Assembly (NCBI GenBank): GCA_029953675.1
Contig: JAMWBK010000004.1
Span: forward strand, 2,542,001 to 2,606,000
From: Rhodosorus marinus CCMP1338
Taxonomy: Eukaryota; Plantae; Rhodophyta
Direction of reading: 5' to 3'
DNA: 64,000 nt
Below are positions 11,795 through 23,813 of this stretch, one piece after another. The stretch's first letter is position 1; every line of letters begins with the position of its first letter. A program made the translations under genes and the position numbers. The notes under the pieces were generated by a model, which was not told the DNA's origin, ran no database searches, and saw only the letters and a list, made by a program, of their open reading frames with translations.

Positions 11795-13990
11795 TTACTC
11801 GGGATCTTCAACAGTTCCACGCTCAACCTCCAGGTCCAAACAGCTCGTGACGACCGGGGCGGTAAACGGAGTAAATCTCGACAAGGGGGACGGTGAGTGC
11901 GACAAACCTCGCTCCTCAGCATTCTCACAGCTGCCATACCTAGAGCGGCCAAATCGAGATTCAGATAAGCGACTTACAATTAAAAAAGGCGTGCATCAAA
12001 CACGGTAACCAAGTCCGAAACTGAATGGAATCCACAAACCTCCTCGGTACTTGTACATTCCGCAACGGTGTCCCTTCTCGCGACGGTTTTGTCTTTCCCG
12101 GCTCTTGCGCAGAGTTGCAAGAGAAAAATTGCTTCTTGCGGTACACTGCGGGGGGTGGGCTCCTAACCGGCAGCGGTTGTTCCGCCTCATTGCGCTCAAT
12201 CTGGCACGCAAAAGCTTCGCTGACACCAGGCCCAAGGAAAGGAGCTGAAACATACTTGAAGCCCGCAGCAAACCTAGCCGAGTCCGGAGTGAATTCTGTC
12301 CGGAACATTAGTACTCCAAGTATCACAAGCATGAACCCAGGGATTTCGGCACTTGACAGTCCTTCCCTCGCAACAAGCGAGAAGCACCCAACGACCAACG
12401 GTATCCGAACGACAGAAGTTAAGTAAGGAACGCCTGCGGGCGCCTCACAGTACAGCATCAGCGCAGCAAAGCTCTGAAGGAGGGAGAACACGATAAACAG
12501 CGGCAGCGACTCCCCAGAATCCGTACAGTCCGAACATGGTGGGAGATAGTGCAAGTACTGGACAAGCGCAAGCACAAGCGGAGAGAATATATCAGCAAAA
12601 TTCCCTTCAAAAGGACCGCTTGTGACCCCAAGCTGCAAGAACTGTCCGAGTACCTGAGTCGGTTGAACCGATGCCTCATAAATTCTGCAAGCTAACGCGC
12701 TGAACGGTCGATATAAGCTCTCGCAATTAAGAGCCTCCGAAGAACTGTGAATAACACCAGTCGGAAGGCTAACCGATTTCGTCCACATGTTCATGGGCAC
12801 AAGCAGAAACCCGAACAACAGTTGAGCAAGTGACTTCCACGCGTACCAGCTCATTACGTCCACATTGCCCTGTGTCACCGGAAGCGCAAGACTTAGTCTG
12901 CCGACCAGAACATTATCCGTTGGATAAGCCGCAAATATGGAATCCCGTACCTCTTCTGATAGTATTTGCTGTCTAAGGGTGTTAGCAATTGTTGCAGGAA
13001 CAGAGGACAGTACGAACAGAGAGTTAAACAGCACGGGGTTCCAAGGTGACGTGTAAGTGTCCGTTGAGCCGACGACTCCCGCTTGAGTCATCAACGCGTA
13101 CATTCCAATAACAATCACCAGCGACCCAACAACCTGCAAGAATTCCAACCTGGAGGTAGACAGATAGATAAAGATTAAGCCCATTGGCAGCCTCGATTCA
13201 TCGCCCCAAACGCCTGTGCTTGCACAAACACACCTCTTCTTTCCCGATGAACCTGTGGCGAGTGCTATCAACGGAAGCCCCGCCTGTTGCAACAGAACCT
13301 GAGCAAGCAAATTGAAAGGGGCTTCAGGACGGCTTCTGACATCTCAGGACATACCCCGACCCCCGCATGCGTCCGACTCGAACCCTGTTGACTTTCAAAA
13401 GTGCGTACCTGCGAAGTTCCCTTAGTGTATATTCCACCCACAATAGCCAAGCAAAAGGCAAGAGCATCCAATAGTCCAACAAGCGCAGTCCTAGACCGAT
13501 AGCTGCATGTCTGATCATGAATCTCCCCCTCGCTAGATCTGTTCAGTCTCACGAGCTTACCAAACGACAGTTTGCTCTGCGCATGAGCACGAAAGAGAGC
13601 GTCATATAGGCAAAAGAGCAACACGATGGTTAGAGAGCTCTCACAACTAATACATGCCGAATCGTTTATACGCGGGTCCTGAAGTTGTCGGCTCCATGTA
13701 CGCACCAACAACAAGAACATTAGCAGAAAGCTGAAAACCGTTGTCTGCATTACCGGAAAAAGCATGTTCGGCATGACATTGGTAGTTTTCTTGAAATATA
13801 TGTAGCACCCAACTGATGACGACAAAAACAAGCTAGTATACAACAGAACACGAACGTCTCGCGCAGAAAACGTATCCCCATACTCACTATGACCCGCTGC
13901 CTCTACATACTCTGCCAGCGAGCCTGTGGAGAGGCTCCTCGCTCCGGAACCCTTTCTCCAAGAAGGGGACGGACCTTCATCTTTCCTCAT
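11795..13990 (-). CDS. Chloroquine-resistance-transporter-like (CRT/CLT, DMT superfamily) multi-pass transporter
   Basis: About 10 hydrophobic segments with CRT-like landmarks: YIYFKKTTNVMPN, LLDALAFCLAIVGGIYTKG, VLLQQAGLPL, LSSVPATIANTLRQQIL, DVMSWYAWKSLAQLLFGFLLVP, luminal CSDC then LPLFIVFSLLQ, YLTSVVRIPLVVGCF. Final exon YGSCENAEERGL...EDPE* found by eye. Confidence 0.8.
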
Positions 13991-15578
13991 ATCAAAGGAG
14001 AAAACGAGGACCACCCCATGCACCAAACCCAAACCAACACAAGCCTCCCATCAAAAAACCCGTCTTCAACTCCCGCCTTCGGAAACCCCCCCCTCCCAAG
14101 ACTCGAAAACACGAATACAGCAAACTCGCCCCAAAACAAACGAAAACCCAAGCTATAAACCTGTTGACTAGAGCCTTAAGAACCTTGAACAACCTGTGAA
14201 ATGATAATAGAAATATTTCTACAAGCTACGAACATCTTGCCGTCCCCTCCCCACGTCCTCCCTTCTCGGAAGCCACGATCGCACGCCACGACCTGCTTCC
14301 ACCTCAGCCGTTCCCAATGGTTCCAAAAAAAAATAAAATGAAAATGTGGGTTCAGATCCTTCCAAGCGAAAACTCTTGCGCGAGATCCAGATTATGAAAC
14401 ATAGAGTTCTATATTAGCTAAATAAAATCTTTATTTAAAATTTAGTGACATAATCGTCTAGATAGTTATATAATAAGAAATGTTATTCTATTTTTAGATA
14501 AGCAATAAATAGTAGATAACACTTCCTAATTTTCGATCCACTCTGTGGGCTGTGAACAAAAAAAAGGAATTCTAAAATATTTAGATTTGTAATGGACACT
14601 GCGGGAATAGAAATTTGCCAAAAAAATGTTTATGAGATTCAAGAAAAATTGTTTGAGATCTGCGAGGAGGGGGAGGAGGAAGTGAGGGGGAGGGTGGGGG
14701 CGGGGAGTGGGGAGTACGCGGGAAAGCCTGAGCATCGGACGCCGAGGTATAGGTTCGCTTCGTGTACAAAAGAACGGAAACCATTTCCATCAAGCGAATA
14801 GGAAAACGATAGGAAGACACCGGCAAGACTGTGGCTTTCATACAACTTCCATCGTTCGTGAAGGCACCGGCCGAGCTGGTGCGCGGAACTGCTCTCCTCC
14901 CGTAAACGAACCCCATTGCTTACGCACAGTCGCCCAGCCCCCCCCCTTTCTTTGGTTCCCGTCCAAATACATTTCGCCGCCAATTTGTTTTCTTCAAACT
15001 TTCAAGAAACTTGTCCAACTAAGTTCGATGAAAACAGACAAAAAACGACAAATCACCTCAAATGATTGAAGATGTTCGAAAAATGATTGAATATGACGAA
15101 ATCTAAAAATATTTGATTTGTAGAAATTTAGATCCATCTGGAATTGTTGACCATGTTTAGGTTATATTTTAGAATATGTTTGCGACCTACTCAAACAAAT
15201 ATGAATATTTTGATGGATAAACGGAATAAACTCGGAGACTTGCTAGCAGGGTGGTCAGGGGGTGCAACTGAATGGGAAGGAGACTGTTTGCGGTTACCCG
15301 TGAGGGTGTTTGGGGGGTGATTTGGACTTTGAAGGTTTACTTTTGTTCTGAATCTGAAGGTGGCAGACGATAGTATCGGCTCTCCCGATTGAACTCGCGG
15401 GTAGTAGAAGAGTTGGGTGGTGCTTTTTTTTGCTGGGGTCTTGTTGCATCGGTCGTTGTGCTTGAGACAAGAGGTGTGGGGTAGAAGGGGGCGGGCTTCT
15501 CGGAGGTAGAGGTTTTTTAAAGCCTGAGAGGTAAGTGATCTGGGGATTGAAACTGTGGCTTGGTGAATTTGTCGAATA

Positions 15579-16388
15579 ATGGAGGACTTTGAGACCAAGG
15601 AAGCGAAGGAGGAGGCGGCGACTGCGCTTTCTTGTTTCTCGTATGTCGGAATGTATGCGTTAAGCGAGGGCACATCACTAAGGAATACTCGGGAGAAACT
15701 CATTGAATTTCTCACTAGGGAGTCAATCCAAAACTCCCCAAGTAGGAAACAAAACGATCGATAGTCTTACATGCTGAGACACGTTCCTTTGAGTACAATC
15801 TGATTTGTGTAATATTCTGGACGCGAATGTCTGCGGGCGTCTTAGACTAGGTGAACGACCTAGCATGAGACTACTTCGCGAGCGACGATGAGTGACTCGG
15901 ATAAGAGACTTTGCTGACCACCGGCTAGAACTCGTTCGTTCCCGACTACGGAGTAAACCTGTTCGCCTTAGTAGGTCGATGCCTGCGTCTCCCAAGGACG
16001 TACAGCACACGTCTAGAACAAGTACGCGTTGCTTCCAGCTCTTTGTAGAGCACACATTCGGGGGAGCTAGGTTCCACTAAAATACAGAAAGATGGTCTTA
16101 TCTATATCCAGAAGATCTTAAGGCAAGCAGGCCCCGACGTTGATTCGTTTCTCCTCCTCAGGCCTTTTCATCTACGGACGATTTAACCCCCCTATACGCT
16201 TTCGACGAACGGATCAGCAAGGGAGCCAATCGATAGTCAGAACCCTGTAGCGTATTCAGCCATCGTCTGTCCTCTAGATATTGAACGTTCCGATTAGCGC
16301 GGAGATACCACCCCGCCCTCGTGCAAACAACCCCGAGCTGCCATTCTTCCAAACCGAGTACAGTTCGCTAGTACCTCTTTTACTATAG
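15579..16388 (+). CDS. Hypothetical multi-exon protein (model unresolved)
   Basis: G/T-rich leader at 15250-15570, ORF MEDFETKEAKEEAATALSC..., and several GT...AG pairs with branch-like CTGAC. No family recognised. Confidence 0.3.
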
Positions 16389-17393
16389 TGTACTGATTGT
16401 ACCGATACAAGTGACACTTTTATAAGAAAAAATGAAATCCGAGCTAAACACCCTCAGAATGCAACGAAGCCACCGTTACAAATTCAAAAAACTGCCAACC
16501 TCATTACAAAACTCCGAAAAAACAAACAAGCCCAAACTAGGCCAAATATTTTTACATATTCATGAGCAATATACCATGAATAAAATAATTTGATGGGAGT
16601 ATCAGTCAACAAATATTAATTTCAGACCAAAAAAGATTTAGACCACTATCATGATTGGTTATAAAACTTCGTTTGAAAAGAAAACAATCATCAACCATTA
16701 AAAATATATTTATTTTGTCACTTCTTCGAACCTTGAAAATAATACATTATTGAACCTTTCAGTCAATAAATAAAATTTTAACTAAAAAACCTTTGTGCTT
16801 TCATGTGGATTGGTTATTTTGAAAAAAGGAAGAGCTCATTAAAAATAGATGAAAAATAGTGGGATGGTTTAATTTTATTCGTGTTTTGTGAAAATACCTT
16901 TATTGAGATTCCTCTCTGATAAAAGGAGGGAAGCAGAGAGAGAGAGAGAGGGGCAGGGGGGGGGAAGAAAATAAAACCCTTGATCAAGAGGGTGAAATGG
17001 ATGGAATTGATTTTATTTTTTTCTGGTCTCTTGATGTTGGATTTTTGTGTCGATTTTGGAAGGTTTTTGTGGATTCGGGTGTTTTGCAAAGGGGGAAGAG
17101 GTTTCAAAGGGTTGGCGAAGGTGTGGATGAAGAGGGTGTTGCGGATGTGGTGGGAGGGAAAGGGAGGATTGGACTTCTTGGGGTTGGGGATGATTTGGTA
17201 GGAGAGGGGTTGGATTGGGTTTTGTTTTGTTTTTTGGAGAGGAGGTCGTGATGAATTGTTTTTGTGGTTGATTAATTTCTTGGTTGGTTTTTGGTCTGGT
17301 ATTGGGGGTGGGGGGAGGGAGGGAGGGAGGAGTGGGGGGTGGGAAGGGTGAATTCTGCCTTGCGTTTGAGGTTGGGAGAAGGGAACGGGAAAA

Positions 17394-17921
17394 ATGGAGG
17401 GAATAAATGAGGTTGCACCGTTTGATCCTCCCCCGGCTAATGGAAACGTTCCGAAGCCGGTGAATGGATCGACCACTCCTGACTTGGTTAAGACTGAGTT
17501 TGTTTATGCTGATGGAGCTGGGAGCGATGTCAAACTCTGTGGAAGCTGGGCGAATTGGGTACCAATTCAGATGTATTATGAAGGAGGTACGGTTTAAGCA
17601 ATTCGTGAATTCTCTTTTTGAAGATCTTGTACATTGGAAGCTAAAGTTCTTTCCATCGCCTCTTGTGGCTACTGGGTCTGTTTGTCAGAGGGTTTGTGGA
17701 CAGTCCTCACGGCAGTACCTCTCGGGGAGCACGAGTTCCGTTTCATTGTTGATGGCGAATGGAAAATATCAACACATCATCCGACAGTAGGAGATGACTT
17801 GGACGATACGCTCAACAACTACCGTAAAATCCTTCGTCCCCTGCCTCCAAGGGAGAGGCTTGAGAAACCAAAGGGGAGGGAATGGGAAACGGTTAAGAGA
17901 AGAAGATGCGTGCTTATGTAA
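17394..17921 (+). CDS. Small CBM48 (AMPK-beta-type glucan-binding) domain protein; intron 17587-17688
   Basis: Spliced product reads TEFVYADGAGSDVKLCGSWANW...GLWTVLTAVPLGEHEFRFIVDGEW...NNYR, matching the CBM48 pattern GSW.NW / G.H.(Y/F)(K/R)FIVDGEW / NN. No AMPK-beta ASC domain seen. Further 3' exons cannot be excluded. Confidence 0.85.
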
Positions 17922-18622
17922 CGATGGAATTGGCGTCCCCCCCTTGACACGGCGGTATTTCGCAATTGGAAGCGGAGCAGTTTTGTCTGAGCCGTTGATC
18001 ATGGCCATAGGGACCGGCGTGGGGCGAGAATCAGTTCATCTTCGCTGATAAAATCTCGGCGCAACCACCGTTGGAGGTTTCGGAGAAGCATATTCTCACA
18101 TTTTTTTGGTTGAAAACTTTTTTTGCAAGTTGAAGGCTTGAGCGAGATGTTAAGGAGGAAGACGAATTTTTGCATTGCATATCCTCCTTTCTTTTTTTTG
18201 ACGTTGCCGAGCCGTTCGTGTTGCTCAGCAGTACAAGTCCGCATGAGACGTTGAATACAACTTATTCTCACACTACTTCTCCGAGGGCAGATACAAGACA
18301 TACTAGAGTGCGATGATCATCCAGTACAAGGACAAGCTCAGAACTCGCTAACAAATCGATAACAGATTTTCAGTCATGAAACGCAAATGTTTAATCTCGT
18401 CTAGAAGAGAGCGTCCACATGCATTCCGAGCAGAAGAAATCGATCACTCAGCGATCCATTAGGTAAACCCAAAGCAAGCACCCTGCGACGTCATGTGTAC
18501 TAAGCGGCTTCTGCAAACAAAGCTTCCAATTGAAGAGCATTGGCAAAACACACAACTATGCAAAGGGCTCGAATGATTGACCCTTTTCCAAGGCTTGTCT
18601 TTCTGGACGAGTGTGACCTGCT

Positions 18623-19821
18623 GTGCTCTTTGCAAACCCGACTGTTCCCTGCCCACTGCGGTCGTCACCATCGCCCAACCGCGTACAAGTCTCGCGAAGC
18701 AATCGCTTAGTGAAAGTAACTGGATTTGGTACGCTGGTACTGATATGTGGCTTTGGTCTTTTCAGAGGAGACGATCCACGAGGTGCCATTGATGGAATTG
18801 ATAAAGATGAATCTGCTCTGAAGAAGGTGACCACCATCGGAAGAGCAATGCTTCGACTCGTCCGTCACAAGTACGGCGTTTTGCAGAGGATTCGCTACCT
18901 TTCCAAGGACGCTTCGGCTCAGGTTGGTGGGGTGGCTTCGAGCGGTGGAGCTGCAGGCGCAAGGCAGGATCCCAAATCTGGGGTTTCTGGATCACCAGAT
19001 GGCGGAAGTGCCACGCAAGAAGCGAAAACCGAAGACCAGTCGGGCGCTAAGAATAAAGATGGAAGGTCCGAGCGATCAGGGAACGCTGAGATCTCGAAGG
19101 AGAGCGATGGAGTTAGTAAGCCTGATGGAACGGACGGCCTTCACAAAGGAATGAGCTTAGGAATTCCCTCAACAAGCCTCGGGTTCAGCGAGGAGCGCGT
19201 TGGAGATGACGAGGATCCAAATAAGTGGATAAAGTTCGGTTTCAAGTACGCTGGTGCTGTTGTTGTTTTCCTGATTGCATTCGGGTCACTGAGAGCCTAC
19301 GAAGCAAGCTTGGAAGCCGAAGCCGCGAAGAGAAGGAAAGAACAAGAAGGGTCCGATGACGATGGCCCTGAAGAAGACCAGACCGCGCATCCTTTCCTCG
19401 GCCAGACTACCACCCCTGCAACTGATTCGGGAAATCCACCAATTGAAAATGGAGGAGCACCAGCTTCACAGGCACAAACTCCGTTCCAAAATCTTCCCCA
19501 AAACGCCGGCCCACTATTCCCAGCAATTGCAAACGAACAAGAGAGTGAAACCTTCAGTCCACTGGAGGAGTTACTCGTAGAGGTATGTCAGATCCAGGTC
19601 GTAATGCGATCGGCTGATCCATTCTCATTGTGAACGTGTCATAGCTCAAACTGCTTACGATCTGTGTTCGTTGTATTACACAGCAAGTGGAGCTGGAATC
19701 CAAGCTCAGAACTCTACGACAAATCTCCCGCAGCCGGGAATCAGACGCGTCTAAGAAGGAAGTAAAATCCAGACTGAGCCAACTTGAGAAAGAAATTCAA
19801 GCGCTAGAGAAGACGAACTAG
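18623..19821 (+). CDS. Membrane protein with low-complexity loops and C-terminal coiled coil (unknown family; start uncertain)
   Basis: 336-codon ORF with hydrophobic stretches. A GTATGT...ACAG intron joins it in frame to QVELESKLRTLRQ...LSQLEKEIQALEKTN* (heptad pattern). Confidence 0.7.
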
Positions 19822-21773
19822 GGTTGCGAAGACGAGCAAAGGTAACCTGTGGGGACAACGACGGAAATTGATCTTAGAACAGTTCCAGTGAGGATTAGGA
19901 TCCCAACGTAGCCGGCGCTCATCTGGTGTTTGCTAGAGCGTTCCTGTAGTGAAATTTTCATCAAGAGAAGGTCGATCGTGAAAGTCGATGTCGTCTACGA
20001 ATCTGTGGTCAGAAGGTTGAGGTGGATTTGGGAGGGGATTCATCGTCTACATGTCAATAGGGATGACCTAGTTTCCAGGGATAGTTGAGATGCACCTGCC
20101 TGGGAAAGTTCTCATGCCTGTGTTATCTTTGACATGTATGTGAAATCGGGCTGAAGCGTCAACTACAGAGCCAGATGTACCTGCTTTCGCGGAGGGGCTG
20201 GGGAGACAACAAAGTGTCTAGACTAAATAGATTCTACAAAGGTGGATTTACTTGCAGCTCCGATTGCAGACTGTAAGCCTCAACTGTTTGAAGTACATGG
20301 TCTGCCTAAACTCCACATGAGCATTCTCGGGGTCAGGGGAACGCAAACCAGGCCACTGCATGCGCGGACGCGATTGCCCAGGACAACTCGCGAACACTGT
20401 CCCGCTCTGAAATTCGAGTGCGTACAGCTTCAGATCGCTTCGTCAGACATTCTGAAAGGAGTGGTTGTGCCCCCTGTTTCGCTCACTGGGACACTGTTCG
20501 TTCCAAATGGAAGATAAGGCTTCAGACAACACCAAGCTCAACTAGATCCTGGTCCACAAGCAAATATCTGCAGATAATCTCATGCTTCTTAGCCAGAGCT
20601 CCACAATCTGGAAGAGCATTTCCAGCCCTTACTCCTTCCTCGCTACACTCACGTCCCGTTTTGCACGTATGACATTTGCACAGTCAACTTCAAGCTACAT
20701 TCTGAACGGGACAAACCGGTCTCTGTCAGAAGAAAAGTAAGCTTCAACGAGGTTGCAAACTGAGAAATGCTCAGTAAAATCTCATTAAAAGTCAACCCTA
20801 ATGCGCAAAATCGATGCAAACCCAGCGCACCTGCCGCATTCCGATAATTAGTTTGTGAGGTTCTAGGACCCTGAATCATAATTCTATTATACGGAGCTAG
20901 TGGAAGGCCATGCTTTCCGAGGCGCGCCATCGGCGCCTGGGGTTGCATGCTTCCCTCCCTAGTTATTAGTTCATCTTCACACCTTGCGTAGCGCTTCAGG
21001 CTATGCTAGTAAAGTCCAGTGGAAGGCTCAGGGGTAAGAATATGACTGTGGAGGATGCATCCTCCTGTGAAGGGCGAAGAATGGCGCAACGGGCTCGTGG
21101 CGCTGCTCATCGACGATTCCGTCTGCGGTGGAGACGATACATGTATGACGAGTCGCGCCTTGTAGCATGGATATTTAGTCTCCAGCATATATGAATCATC
21201 ATTAAAAATGTATGGTCTCCGGCACATATGGAATCGTCGATACGTGTCCCCAAGAGGACGAAACGCCTACCCACGCTTTCACTGTCGACGATTGCGCCAA
21301 CGGCAACTCCGGTAGTGCGTGTGGGCCTGAAAGATCAGAACCGCTTTGGGTCGCAGTTTCCAACCTGGACAGCAAAAAGTGCAGTTGAAGAGAAATTTTG
21401 TTAATGTTTACACCTTTACAGTCGTCTCCCAACTCTTTACTTGGCTCTGAATAGATGATGATGATGATAAGTAATTTCCAATTCTCTGATCTCACCAGCA
21501 ATTTACTTACAAACGGTTCTCCCCCGTCCCACGAACTGGGACATAGTTTTTGGGACAGCATGTAATCCGATTTAGGGTTGTTAGCTAGAGCGCAATCAGA
21601 CTCCTGGGAAGGAAGTTGGAGGTTGATATCACTGAACTCTCGTATTAGCTATTGTTGGTTTGATGATAGACTGATTAAATTTTAGAGATGAAGCTGTGAT
21701 TCCCTCTGGAATTTCGTTGAAGACAGCTATGCTGCGTTGGAGGGTGTTTTTCTTCTGAAGAGCTGGAGCAGAG

Positions 21774-23740
21774 ATGGGAGCGATGTGGGATTTGCTGAGA
21801 GCTTTTTTTGACGCTCTGTTGGCTGTTGGATCGTTTGTGGGATTCTATCACGCTGGAATAGCTTTTTACCGCCGTTTTCTCTGCCGAGAATCGGAGCCGA
21901 GATAGTGAGGGCCCACCTATAAGCAATCATTTTTCTTGTGCGGGATGCTCCATTCCTCCGTGTATGGCTCTGAACGAATTTTCTTCTGTTGCTTTTTCGC
22001 CCCAAAAGTACATCCGTGCGGCACCTCTTCGCGACAACGTTTGCTCTATCGTTTTCAATTTACTTCCTCATTGTCTGCCAGATACTGACGATCATGTCGC
22101 CTGCGTCTCGACGCATTCACTGGCATTTCGACATCAACGCGCTAACCTTTTTATTGACATTTGCACTACCGGTTGCTCAGTGTTACTTCATTATGATCGA
22201 CAGGGGATATTCCGACGTCGAGGTTCGCCAACCATACTCGTTTTCTGGCACTTTTGCTCGCCATGTGCGTTCCAGGAAGCCAACTGAGGCTTGGTTTTCT
22301 GTTTCAACAGGCTGTTCGGGCTTCGGCTCTATTTGAGATCATATTCCTAGTTACTCTCTGGCGCCTTGGAGATCCTTTCGCTAAAACATCGTCCAAAGAT
22401 GTGTTTGCGAATATCTCTTCAATTATTTCCGTTGAAGCTGGCATCAGCAGGGTCGTAGTTGTTGGAACATCAATCCTGGCCATTCTAGCAGGGTTTACTG
22501 CTGTTGATCTACCATTCAGCTATTTATCTGCTCTTTTTCGACCCGTATCACGAAGTTCTGTTGAGGCAATGGAAGAAAAAATGCTTCGGGCAGTGAACGC
22601 AGTTCGGCAAATGCGGGATAGGGAAGCCGTGCAATCTGATACGCAATCCAGCTATTTGTATGGTGATGATCAGATCCACAGGGTAAGAAAAAACCTAGAA
22701 CAGCAACCATAACACGGGCTGTTGACGAAGGCTCAAGCTTGAATCCATGTATGTTGTCGAAGGTTTCTTCGAGTGGGAGTCTTCAGAGTGTACAGAAGGC
22801 AGATGTCCCGATGAGAAAAAGGGTTGCTGTTGGAGCGCGAAGATTTTACGACAACCTTGTTTATGGAGAAAACGTTCCTCTGGAAGGCGATGAACCGCCG
22901 AACATAGAAATCGAGAAGGCAGTCCGAGTGAGCTTTCTTGACTATCATGAGTCCCTGACCGCATGGCGGGCGTCTCAGTTCGCCAGGACTCCGTTAGGTG
23001 TAATGGCGAGCATCTTTGGGTACGCTCTTTTGATCGGGTGCGTCGTCAGAGTATATATGGCCATCAACAACATCATCAATTCTGGCTCAGCCAGAAGGTC
23101 CAATCCATCAGAGCAAATTCACAAGGTGTGAAACTCTCAACAGGAATCCCAAACCGTTTGAACGACAGTTGCTCGCCTCGGCCATCCCATCTCACGAACA
23201 ACCTCTGTTTCGTTCCGCCTTCATCTTCGCTTGAAAACATATGAATTTAGATCATCACGGCCATGGGAATCGACGCGGATGTGCAGGTGGTTTCGCAGTA
23301 TATAACATTCCTATTTACCAGTACACTGCTATCTGTCAACATCCGAGCAGCCCTGAGAAGGATTACGCTGGTGTTCTCTCTTGTTTCTTCAAATTCGACT
23401 TTGTCAAGCAGCGTAAGGACCCGTGAACCGCTCTGTGTTCCTCTTACCGTCCACGAGGAGGACGTGCTCGCTCACACGCCTCACCTCTGCTCTGTCATGT
23501 TTGCAGGCGGCGATTTTCTTGGCGCAGCTTCTTGGAGCTTATTTCCTGTCCACGATTGTTATCATCCGTTCCCTTTTGCCCTTGGGTTATCGGTCAATGA
23601 TTGCGGAGGCCCTTGGCGATCTAGAGTACCAGTTTTATCTAAGGTGGTTTGACTACTTGTTTATCTCAAGTGCCGCTGTCGGGACAGTCATCCTTTTCCT
23701 ACAAGCACGAAGGCAGTCCATTCGATCGACTCTAATATAG
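21774..23740 (+). CDS. GPR89: GPR89/GPHR/GTG (Golgi pH regulator, GPCR-type G protein) family protein, multi-exon
   Basis: LFATTFALSFSIYFLIVCQIL, RRIHWHFDI, LWRLGDPF, ISRVVVVGTSILAILAGFTAVDLPFSYLS, YHESLTAW, YALLIGCVVRVYMA, LLSVNIRAAL, QLLGAYFLSTIVIIR and FYLRWFDYLFISSA follow the GPR89/GTG order. Confidence 0.92.
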
Positions 23741-23813
23741 GTCTTGGGATGGGAGGGTTGCCTTCGCTCCCGCCCAACTTCGCGGCGACTAACAGGGAAC
23801 TGCACATTTCTTT

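Noticed and set aside
16814-17476. 220-codon Pro/Lys/Asn-rich minus-strand ORF and similar ORFs over leaders (9514-9708, 25459-25932, 32119-32571)
   Set aside because: They arise from the antisense C/A-rich skew of G/T-rich leaders, which lacks stop codons, and they overlap better-supported genes on the other strand.
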